Positions 56,920 to 64,000 of a stretch of DNA of 64,000 nt are shown piece after piece. This DNA comes from an uncultured delta proteobacterium. GTDB taxonomy: Bacteria; Desulfobacterota; GWC2-55-46. The notes under the pieces were generated by a model. It did no database searches. It was not told the origin of the DNA and saw only the letters and a list, made by a program, of their open reading frames with translations. Made by a program: the position numbers and the translations under genes. Positions within the stretch are counted from its first letter, which is position 1. The number at the start of each line of letters is the position of its first letter. The stretch covers positions 108,844 through 172,843 of the forward strand of contig CAVSHY010000024.1 of NCBI GenBank assembly GCA_963727865.1, given 5' to 3'.

Positions 56920-57810
56920 ATGGACGAAGGTTCTGTGCAGGAGTTCCTTGATTATCTCATCGTGGAGAGGGGCCTATCCATGAATACTCATGAATCCTAT
57001 AGACGCGATATCCTAAGGTTCGTAACCTTTCTCAAGAGACATGGGGCCGCGGCTGAAACGGCCGATTCCTTGAATATAACCGGTTATCTTAAAGAGCTCA
57101 TGGGGCGGGGGCTTTCTGCACGGTCTTATACAAGGGCTTTAATCGCGCTCAGAGGTTTCTATAAATATCTTCTTAAAAAGGGGAGGGTAAAGGTAAACCC
57201 CTGCGCTAACGTCGATATACCGCGGATGCCAAAGAGGCTTCCGGAATTTCTTACTCTGGACGATATTGAAAGGCTCCTTGCGGCGCCTTCTCTTGATACG
57301 CGTACGGGGCTTCGGGATAAGGCGATGCTGGAGACCCTTTACGCTACCGGGCTCAGGGTATCCGAGCTTACCTCGTTGAAGCTCAATGACATAAACCTCC
57401 AGGGCGGCTACCTCAATGCTTTTGGGAAAGGATCAAAGGAAAGGCTGGTACCCATCGGAGAGTCGGCGATGGTATGGCTTAAACGTTATATGGATGATGC
57501 GAGGCCCTCTTTTTTGAGAGGAAAAGAAGGTAAGTTTCTTTTCCTCACCGCGCGCGCCAGTAAAATGACCAGACAAAATTTCTGGGTCATAATTAAACAA
57601 AACGCCCTGAGGGCGGGCATTGACAAAAAAAGGATCAAACCCCATATCATACGCCATTCCTTCGCAACGCACCTTCTTGAAGGGGGGGCTGATTTACGCA
57701 TGGTCCAGGCTATGCTTGGACACGCAGATATCTCCTCAACCCAGATATATACCCATCTTACCGATGAGAGGCTTAAAAGCCTTCACAGGAAGAAGCATCC
57801 CCGCGGTTAA
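56920..57810 (+). CDS. xerD: site-specific tyrosine recombinase XerD (XerC/D family)
   Basis: 296 aa. ERGLS.NT..SYRRD, TGLRVSEL, HIIRHSFATHLLEGGADLR..Q.MLGH...STTQIYTH and the C-terminal HPRG are present. Confidence 0.8.
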   Translation: MDEGSVQEFLDYLIVERGLSMNTHESYRRDILRFVTFLKRHGAAAETADSLNITGYLKELMGRGLSARSYTRALIALRGFYKYLLKKGRVKVNPCANVDIPRMPKRLPEFLTLDDIERLLAAPSLDTRTGLRDKAMLETLYATGLRVSELTSLKLNDINLQGGYLNAFGKGSKERLVPIGESAMVWLKRYMDDARPSFLRGKEGKFLFLTARASKMTRQNFWVIIKQNALRAGIDKKRIKPHIIRHSFATHLLEGGADLRMVQAMLGHADISSTQIYTHLTDERLKSLHRKKHPRG

Positions 57811-57880
57811 ACCCATGTCTACTAATAACTTAATAAACTGAATGGGGCAGGGACGCGATAAATCGCCAAGAACAAATCAA

Positions 57881-57908
57881 ATTTGACATAATATCCATTA
57901 TGCGACAT
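57881..57908 (-). other. dif: dif-like chromosome dimer resolution site (XerC arm - 6-bp spacer - XerD arm)
   Basis: The minus strand reads ATGTCGCATAA TGGATA TTATGTCAAAT. E. coli dif is GGTGCGCATAA TGTATA TTATGTTAAAT. By hand alignment 22 of 28 positions are identical. Confidence 0.65.
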
Positions 57909-58031
57909 ACGCGAGGGATGAAGATGTAACTCGATATTGTGTTTTCGCCTATATTTTCTGGCTATTTCGCTGGTTCCCTCTCCAAAGGCGAAATTGGTCA
58001 TATATTGGTCATATGTTGAGAGAATTAAAGC

Positions 58032-58265
58032 CTATTCTATAATTACGTTCGTAAGCGTCTTTTTTACGTGGTTTATGGCCTGGATCTTACTTATTACGAC
58101 ATCTCCGAGCACTTTAAAGTTTGAAGCGGCCACAAGGGCGATAAGATCATATGGGCCGGTTACAACCTTGGCTTCCTTTACTCCGCCTATTTTTAACAAT
58201 TTTTCCAGAACTTCTTTAGACCTGGCATGCTCGCATTCTATAAAGACATAAGCTTCTACAGCCAT
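58032..58265 (-). CDS. stand-alone Lrp/AsnC-type ligand-binding (RAM) domain protein
   Basis: 77 aa. The pattern AYVFI......EVLEKLLKIGGVKEAKVVTGPYDLIALV is typical of the AsnC C-terminal domain. Confidence 0.7.
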   Translation of the reverse strand: MAVEAYVFIECEHARSKEVLEKLLKIGGVKEAKVVTGPYDLIALVAASNFKVLGDVVISKIQAINHVKKTLTNVIIE

Positions 58266-58462
58266 ATGTTCCTCCTTTAGGACTTAATCTTCTTTATTAT
58301 ATTCATCGTATAACTCTTTATAAAAATTATGTTTTTATAAATGTCAACAGTAGTTATTATTTATCTTTACGAAACACGGAATTCCTCATCAGAAGATCGA
58401 TACTAAAGGTCCCGGAGATCATTCTATCCCATTTTGTGCTTTTTTCAATAGGTCCTTAAAAA

Positions 58463-58969
58463 TTAATGGACAAGGCTCCTGTGGCAGTCCACGCAGTTGG
58501 CGCCATCTTTTATCTTCTCGTGCGCGGTCTTTCCGAAATCAGAGGCTGGCATCGGGGTTTTATGACAGGTTTTGCACGGTGAGCTGGACCAGGATATAAT
58601 CTCCTTCCTCGCTTTTAAGGCAAATTCATCTTTACGCCTGTCAAACGCCTCTTTCGTAGAAAGGTCGTACCTGAAATTGCTTATGATGTCCGTTATTTCG
58701 CTTACGATGTGGGTTTTAACCTTAAGATAGAATTGGGGCGGAAAATGGCAATCTCCGCATCCGGGGTTTATTCCAAGCCTCCCATAGTGAGAAGACCTCT
58801 TAAGTTCTTCGTAAGGATAACTCATGGCGTGGCAGGAGACGCAAAAACGTGTTGAACTGAAGTACCTTTCACCGGCTATAAACGCGTAACCCAGCGCGAT
58901 GATAACAATACTTGCAACTATCATCGCCATCCAGCACCCTTTTATATATTTTTTAAGGATATCAAGCAT
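58463..58969 (-). CDS. NapC/NirT-family membrane-anchored tetrahaem cytochrome c
   Basis: 168 aa with an N-terminal TM and four CxxCH motifs (CVSCH, CGDCH, CKTCH, CVDCH). Confidence 0.85.
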   Translation of the reverse strand: MLDILKKYIKGCWMAMIVASIVIIALGYAFIAGERYFSSTRFCVSCHAMSYPYEELKRSSHYGRLGINPGCGDCHFPPQFYLKVKTHIVSEITDIISNFRYDLSTKEAFDRRKDEFALKARKEIISWSSSPCKTCHKTPMPASDFGKTAHEKIKDGANCVDCHRSLVH

Positions 58970-59048
58970 ATAATAAAGTTATCTCATAAAGCTTCTTATG
59001 TATTAATAATGCGGCAGGCGCAAGTTTGACATCCTGTCGGCGAAGCAT

Positions 59049-59080
59049 AAAATAAAAAAGGATTTAGTAGAACTAAATCC
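59049..59080 (-). terminator. rho-independent terminator after tRNA-Arg (GGATTTAG-TTCTA-CTAAATCC + T-run)
   Basis: On the minus strand, a perfect 8-bp stem is followed by TTTTTTATTTT. Confidence 0.7.
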
Positions 59081-59088
59081 CTTTAATA

Positions 59089-59165
59089 TGGCGCCCCCGA
59101 GACGATTCGAACGTCCGGCACACGGATTAGGAATCCGTTGCTCTATCCATCTGAGCTACGGGGGC
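59089..59165 (-). tRNA. tRNA-Arg (anticodon CCU), CCA encoded
   Basis: I folded the cloverleaf by hand. The acceptor is GCCCCCG/CGGGGGC, the anticodon loop is TTCCTAA and the T-loop is TTCGAAT. It is 77 nt long. Confidence 0.95.
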
Positions 59166-59331
59166 TCTTAAAATGTTTGATTTTTGCTTATATGTTCCTG
59201 AATTAAGAAGATTTTTTATGATTTCTTTGAAAACACATATTTCAATCATTTTATATTAACCATTTGACCGCTCGTTGTCAAATATTTTTGTTCGTTTACT
59301 CGGTGCCTTTAACGCGACGCGGGGAGCTTCA

Positions 59332-59396
59332 ATAAAAAAAGGGGGCGGAAAGCAAGGCATTAGAAAAATGCCCTGCACTGCCCCCCTGCCCCCTTT
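59332..59396 (-). terminator. rho-independent terminator after the DUF1858 gene (GGGGGC...GCCCCC + T7, with an inner GGCATT/AATGCC hairpin)
   Basis: The inverted repeats and T-run were read on the minus strand. Confidence 0.55.
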
Positions 59397-59425
59397 AAGA
59401 CTAAACTAAGGAACGCCTTAAGTTT

Positions 59426-59641
59426 TTATTCGTCTTTTTTAGCGGCCTCTTTAAGTTCGCCAACGAACATATCGACATCGGTGCTGTGCATAGCGCACGC
59501 CAGGGAAATAGGCTCGCCGCCGAAAGAAGGGCAACTGAAGCATCCGCCCCCGAAGTGTTTTGTAAATACTTCTTTTGTAGAAGGCCATGTGATGGTCACT
59601 TCACCGGTTGTCATTTCAGCGGATATATCTTCTGATAGCAT
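59426..59641 (-). CDS. DUF1858 (hybrid-cluster-protein-associated redox disulfide) domain protein
   Basis: 71 aa. The pattern ..MTTGEV...P.TKEVF.KHFGGGCFSCPSFGGEPISLAC..H..D.. has the conserved Cys pair. Confidence 0.65.
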   Translation of the reverse strand: MLSEDISAEMTTGEVTITWPSTKEVFTKHFGGGCFSCPSFGGEPISLACAMHSTDVDMFVGELKEAAKKDE

Positions 59642-59784
59642 ATTTTTTCCTCCTTAATGCTATGGTCAGCTTATTATTTTAAAGATCGGATTTTCATTCG
59701 TTAAAATATCACAAAGTACTTTTATATTATATGATTTCCATCATAAAGAAATCAAGGGCTTAGAAGCTTTTAACAGGATGGCGC

Positions 59785-59823
59785 GAAAAAACCACAGCGC
59801 CTTTTTTACAAAAAGCGCTGCGC
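59785..59823 (-). terminator. probable terminator after capA (CAGCGC-N14-GCGCTG + T6 on the minus strand)
   Basis: The inverted repeat lies at 59795-59820 and the A6 run at 59786-59791 on the plus strand. Confidence 0.45.
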
Positions 59824-59933
59824 ACGTCTAATTGTTTAGCATAGTTTCGAGCAAAAACGCGCGTGACGGGTAATACTCCGTGTGTTAAAATGCCATCCGC
59901 ATGGACATCAAAACAACTTTATGGAGCGGCCTG

Positions 59934-61046
59934 TCAGGGGATTATCTCAAGGGTCTTTTCTTTTTCGCGCCATTCTGTCCTTGTGTTGAATTCCTTACAG
60001 AGCGTCTCCATTTTTGCGGCTATTTTTGAGGCCCTTGGCTCGTCGGCGATTGTAGCCTGAAAACGCTTTATGACCGTCGGATGTAAAATTAGCCGTTTTA
60101 TCAGCCTTCCCTCGGTCTCAACAATAAAGATAAAAGACTCATCATTCCTTTCCACCTCATCAACCGCGTAGTCGTCGACAAAATCCCCGGCGCTGTAAAT
60201 TATCGGCCTCCCTCCGTATATTTCGATACCCTGAAAGACATGGCATGAGTGGCCGAATATAATATCCGCGCCGCTGTCAATGAGCGCGTGGGCGAAAGGT
60301 ATATGCTTTGGAAGAGGACGATATCCCCAATTGGGCCCCCAGTGGGCCGATACGATCAGAATATCCGCCTTTTTCTTAGTCTCTTTTACGAGCTCAAAAA
60401 GTTTCCTGGCACGCATGTCATCCGTATCGACGGGGACAAAAAAGACACCCGGATGAGATCCGTAGGCCGCCCACGCGGTCTCGTTGTCGGTAAACGCGAT
60501 AAACGCGACGACCATGTCCTTGACTTTCATGAATACCGGCCTGCTCGCGTCGTTATAATCCCTGCCGGCGCCCCCGCGGTTAATTCCTTCCCTGTCCAGG
60601 ATATCAAACATCTCAAAGGCCGCTTCATACTCAAAATCAAGCGTATGGTTATTCGCAAGCGAGACCGAATCGATCCCCGCCGCCTTTAAAACCCCGATGT
60701 TTTTGGCATCCGTTCTAAAGTGGAAGTACTTTGGCGTCTGGGACCAGGGTTGACCATGGTCGGAGACAACGCATTCGAGGTTACAGAACCTCGCGTCAGC
60801 GCTTTTAAAGACCGCTAATGTATCACCCCAGACGTATTCAGGCCCCCTTCGCCCCAGTATCTCGTTTACGAGCCTGCCGAGCATTAGTCCCCAACAAAAA
60901 GTAACTTCATCAAGCTGTCTCCGGAAAAAATAATGTATTAGCGGAATGCTCAAAAAATTCTGAGAAAACCTCTTTGTAAAAAGGCCGCTGCAATCTGTAG
61001 CTGCATGGCTAAAAACATTAACCCGGCCATCCCTACCCGCAATCAA
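59934..61046 (-). CDS. CapA/PGA_cap-family metallophosphatase-like protein (poly-gamma-glutamate synthesis family)
   Basis: NLECVVSDHG, SLANNHTLDFEYEA, SAHWGPNWGY and FGHSCHVFQGIE are present. The N-terminal boundary is uncertain (M1 at 61046 or M55 at 60884). Confidence 0.75.
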   Translation of the reverse strand: MIAGRDGRVNVFSHAATDCSGLFTKRFSQNFLSIPLIHYFFRRQLDEVTFCWGLMLGRLVNEILGRRGPEYVWGDTLAVFKSADARFCNLECVVSDHGQPWSQTPKYFHFRTDAKNIGVLKAAGIDSVSLANNHTLDFEYEAAFEMFDILDREGINRGGAGRDYNDASRPVFMKVKDMVVAFIAFTDNETAWAAYGSHPGVFFVPVDTDDMRARKLFELVKETKKKADILIVSAHWGPNWGYRPLPKHIPFAHALIDSGADIIFGHSCHVFQGIEIYGGRPIIYSAGDFVDDYAVDEVERNDESFIFIVETEGRLIKRLILHPTVIKRFQATIADEPRASKIAAKMETLCKEFNTRTEWREKEKTLEIIP

Positions 61047-61356
61047 TATTCCACAACACTCGTCACGCTCAGAGTAAAATTGAAAGGTTCTGGCGGGTAT
61101 TTAAGGAAGGTACGGTCAGAGGGTTTGTTTTTTTACTGGAAATGTGATTTTTATATTTTTAACGAAGTTTAAGCCCCTCAGGTTATCAAAAACCGGATAA
61201 ACGACCTTGGCGTTAAGTACTTTTAGGAGTTTGCGGGCGCTATTTTTTAGCATCCTCTCCGGAGCAGCCCAGGTACGGCCGGAAGCGCTATAAAAACGCC
61301 CATGAAAAAATTTATGATTTTGTTTTTCCCGTCATTTTTTTCTAAAATATACTGTT

Positions 61357-62716
61357 TTATTTACTGACGATTTCCTCCATCACGGCGCCGACATTGTATT
61401 TAAGCTCAACGGCCGCGAAAGCCTGGTCATACGTCGAGTTGGAGAGAGAGCTCTGGGCGGATATGAGGGTCGTATCGGCGTCTATCACATCGACAGTCGT
61501 GGCGATACCGAATTTAAACTGTTCAAAAACCATCCTGTAATTTTCTTCAGCGAAGGAGACCTGCTTTCTGAACGATTCGGTTACGGCCTTCAAGGCCTTG
61601 AGCCTGTCGTAAGCCTCCCTTACCTGAACGGCTATGTCTCTTTTAAGGCTCAGGGTTACGAGGTCCGCCTGAGCGTACACGCTTTTAGCCTGGGCCACCT
61701 CGGCCTTTCTTAAGCCGCCTTCAAAGATAGGAAAAGTAAGCACGACAGAACCTGAGAGGCTCTGACCCTGAAAGAACGTTGTTTTCGGGCTCTGGTCACC
61801 TCGCTGTATAGAGACCTTCCAGGCGGAGCGACGGGTAGAAGCCGCCCTTCGCGAACTCGATACCTTCGGCGGCGACTTTTTTGTCAAGGGTGCTTTGCCT
61901 GTAATCGCGCCTTTGAGAGTAAGCCGTATTTATAAGTTCGTCGAGGCTCGCTGTCATCTCCGGCCCGGGGGGAGGCTCCGCGACATCAAAATCTTCGGGG
62001 CTTCCGATTATCCTTTTCAAAACGGTTTTGGCATCGGTGAGGTTAGTTTCGGCGTTTATAAGGTCGGCCTCGGCTCCAGCGGTCTCCGCGTCGGCCCTTA
62101 AAACCGCGGACTTCGTGACCTCTCCCACCTTGAACCTGGCCGCGGCCACGTCGCTCTGCTCCCGGGCCCTTTTAAGGGCTGCTCTTTTAATTCCTACGTT
62201 CTTTTTCGCCTTGAGCAAATTGAAATAAGCCTGTGCCGTGGTAATGACTATGGTGTCTTTTGAAAAGCCGAGCCCTTCTCTTGACCTGCCCAAAAGTATG
62301 TACGCCTGCCTTCTCGCGGACCAGTCCTTCCCTCCGTTATAGATCGGCTGGGTCACTTTGAGATCAGCCGATGAGCTTTGATTCGGCTGAATGACAAAAC
62401 CCTGACTTGTCTGAGCCTTGCTGTATTTTGTGTAATTGCCGTCGATCGTGACATTGGGCAGCAGCTGGGAATTTGCCCTGTCGATATTGGTTTCCGCCTG
62501 CGCCACACCCTCGCCCGCGATCTTTACGGACTCATGGGTGGCTATCGCCATTTTATAGGCCTCGTCGAGAGTGATCGTCCTTTCAGCCGCATTGAGACGG
62601 GCGGAGAAAAAAAGGAGCCCCGCGGCGCCGGCAAAAAACATAAAAAGGCGCGTCAGGTTTTTTTTAAACTCATCTTTTGACGAAGAAACGCTATTTTCCT
62701 GCGATACCGGGATCAT
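61357..62716 (-). CDS. tolC: TolC-family outer membrane efflux protein, interrupted by an apparent frameshift within 61796-61887
   Basis: The N-terminal ORF 61796-62716 has a signal peptide and the first OEP repeat. The C-terminal ORF 61357-61887 continues with ..PIFEGGLRKAEVAQAK.., the second OEP repeat. Confidence 0.8.
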
Positions 62717-62718
62717 CT

Positions 62719-63339
62719 TTATCTCCTCTTCATACCGTCAAAGAATATGTCCACAAAAGTATCGACAACCACTTCGTCAGGCCTCCTGAAGTACCTTTTC
62801 ATCCTGTACAGCTCCTGTAAAATACAGTAGTGAATGACCATCCCCATGAAGGCCCTCGCCGCTACGGCCGGGTCGGCGTCCTTAAAGACCCCCTCTTCGA
62901 TAAGCTCTTTTATATGGCCCTCGATGAATTCGAAAAGCTCGAGACCTTTTCTCTTTATGAATATCTCGGAGAGATCGTGCTCCTCGAGGGCGCTGAAGGT
63001 AAGAAGCCTCATGAAGGAAGGGTCGCTCCTGTGCGCGGCGATGATGAAAGAGGCTATCCCCCGGAAAACCTCCCTGCCCTTTTTCCCTTTAAGGGAGATC
63101 ATGAGCCGGTCCTGGCCCTGGGTGTCGTTGCACCTCGCGTCTATTATGGCGTTATAAAGCCCCTCTTTTTTTGAAAAGTGTTTGAAGATGACGGCTTCGC
63201 TTATGCCGGCCTTCCTCGCGATTTCACGCGTGGTGGTGCCCTTGAAGCCGTTTTTGGCGAACAGCGACATGGCCACCCTGACTATCTGGCTCCTCCGCTC
63301 ATCCGCCGTCATCCTTTTTTTTGCTTTTTGGATCGGCAT
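62719..63339 (-). CDS. TetR/AcrR-family transcriptional regulator
   Basis: 206 aa with the N-terminal HTH RSQIVRVAMSLFAKNGFKGTTTREIARKAGISEAVIFKHF. Confidence 0.9.
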   Translation of the reverse strand: MPIQKAKKRMTADERRSQIVRVAMSLFAKNGFKGTTTREIARKAGISEAVIFKHFSKKEGLYNAIIDARCNDTQGQDRLMISLKGKKGREVFRGIASFIIAAHRSDPSFMRLLTFSALEEHDLSEIFIKRKGLELFEFIEGHIKELIEEGVFKDADPAVAARAFMGMVIHYCILQELYRMKRYFRRPDEVVVDTFVDIFFDGMKRR

Positions 63340-63454
63340 AATGAGTTGTTAGTAAGTGCTCACTTTTGGTTATGGTATTATCACAGGAAGGGTTTGTCAA
63401 GGGGCTTTTTCTCCGTTTTACGTCTGTAAAATCGCGGAAGAGAGAGGACCCTGT

Positions 63455-64000
63455 TTATCTTAATTCGATCCCCGCCGATGTGTGCGTAGCGCCTGAGCTG
63501 TCGACTATTATGGCTTCTACCCCTTTAAGGCTCTTTACGAGACGCATCCCCTCAGCCGGCCCGAGAACAAATACGGCGGTTGAGATAGCGTCAGAGGTCA
63601 TGGTATCCGGCGCGAGTATGGTGACACTCCGGCACTTCAGAGCGGGATAGCCTGTCTTCGGGTCTAATATATGATGGTATAATACCCCGTCCTTTATAAA
63701 AAACCTCTCATAATCGCCTGAAGTGGATATGGAGATATTCGTGAGAGCAAGTTTGGCGAGCAATCCGTTCCTCTCCCTCGGGTGGTGTATCCCTATATCC
63801 CAGGGCTTCCCGTTCTCCAGGCCCTGAACGCGCATATCTCCACCAGCCCTGATAATGGCGTCCTTTATGCCGGAACTTACAAGCGCCTGCATGCCTCTGT
63901 CCACGGCATACCCTTTCGCTATGGCCCCAAGGCCTATCGCCATACCCTTTTTCTTGAGAAAAACGGTCTTATTTCGACTATCCAGCTCTATTTCCTTGTA
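63455..64000 (-). CDS. apbE: FAD:protein FMN transferase ApbE (partial; the 5' end lies beyond the window)
   Basis: GLGAIAKGYAVD, ...SISTSGDYERFF, ..YHHILDPKTG and ..TMTSDAISTAVFV are present. The frame stays open to nt 64000. Confidence 0.85.
   Translation of the reverse strand, partial: YKEIELDSRNKTVFLKKKGMAIGLGAIAKGYAVDRGMQALVSSGIKDAIIRAGGDMRVQGLENGKPWDIGIHHPRERNGLLAKLALTNISISTSGDYERFFIKDGVLYHHILDPKTGYPALKCRSVTILAPDTMTSDAISTAVFVLGPAEGMRLVKSLKGVEAIIVDSSGATHTSAGIELR

Noticed and set aside
57993-58014. 11-bp tandem duplication ATTGGTCATAT x2 between dif and the AsnC-type gene
   Set aside because: It is a single short duplication in AT-rich 3' flanking DNA, with no second copy elsewhere in the window and no obvious function. 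I note it only because it lies near dif.
57937-58251. 104-aa plus-strand ORF overlapping the AsnC-type gene
   Set aside because: The minus-strand 77-aa product matches the Lrp/AsnC RAM-domain pattern. The plus-strand translation has no recognisable features.

Overview
This is a bacterial chromosomal window with about 50 protein-coding genes, tRNA-Gly(GCC) and tRNA-Arg(CCU). I saw no rRNA, IS or transposase, prophage, CRISPR or recognisable defence genes. Most of the content is housekeeping: moaA, PBP1A, relA/spoT, ridA, rpmB, fur, dnaE-accA and an aromatic amino acid supraoperon (pheA-hisC-DAHP synthase-tyrA-aroA-cmk-ispH-rpsA-sppA-ihfB). Further along are miaB, a GH57 glucan enzyme, mutS, a cell-wall amidase, glnD and xerD. 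The accessory-looking parts are:
- a Cu(I) P-type ATPase cluster with two methyltransferases and small His/Cys/Met-rich proteins (1.4-6.4 kb);
- a monomeric IDH plus a divergent, unusually long ATP-citrate lyase (31-37.7 kb), which suggests reductive-TCA autotrophy;
- an operon of an MshEN-TPR protein, PilM, a truncated PilN and a SPOR lipoprotein (37.7-41.1 kb);
- a translationally coupled pair made of a degenerate GGDEF protein and a REC-DUF4388-pseudoGTPase protein (43.7-46.2 kb);
- an orphan NapC/NirT tetrahaem cytochrome.

The non-coding observations I rate highest are:
- a 28-bp dif-like Xer site 70 bp downstream of xerD, exactly where gene orientation flips from + to -, so a probable replication terminus;
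- an unclassified intergenic repeat family built from 54-bp tandem units (two full copies plus fragments);
- a promoter-to-terminator structured RNA candidate upstream of icd;
- a 20-bp tandem repeat in the rpsA leader.

Five genes (a class I methyltransferase, moaA, aclA, the MshEN-TPR gene and tolC) are interrupted by single-base frame changes. Four of these sit at short homopolymer runs; the tolC site could not be pinned down. I read this as draft-sequence indel error rather than biology, but it needs checking. Lineage cannot be assigned from the sequence alone. All calls rest on reading the translations, on motifs and on hand alignment. No database search was run.
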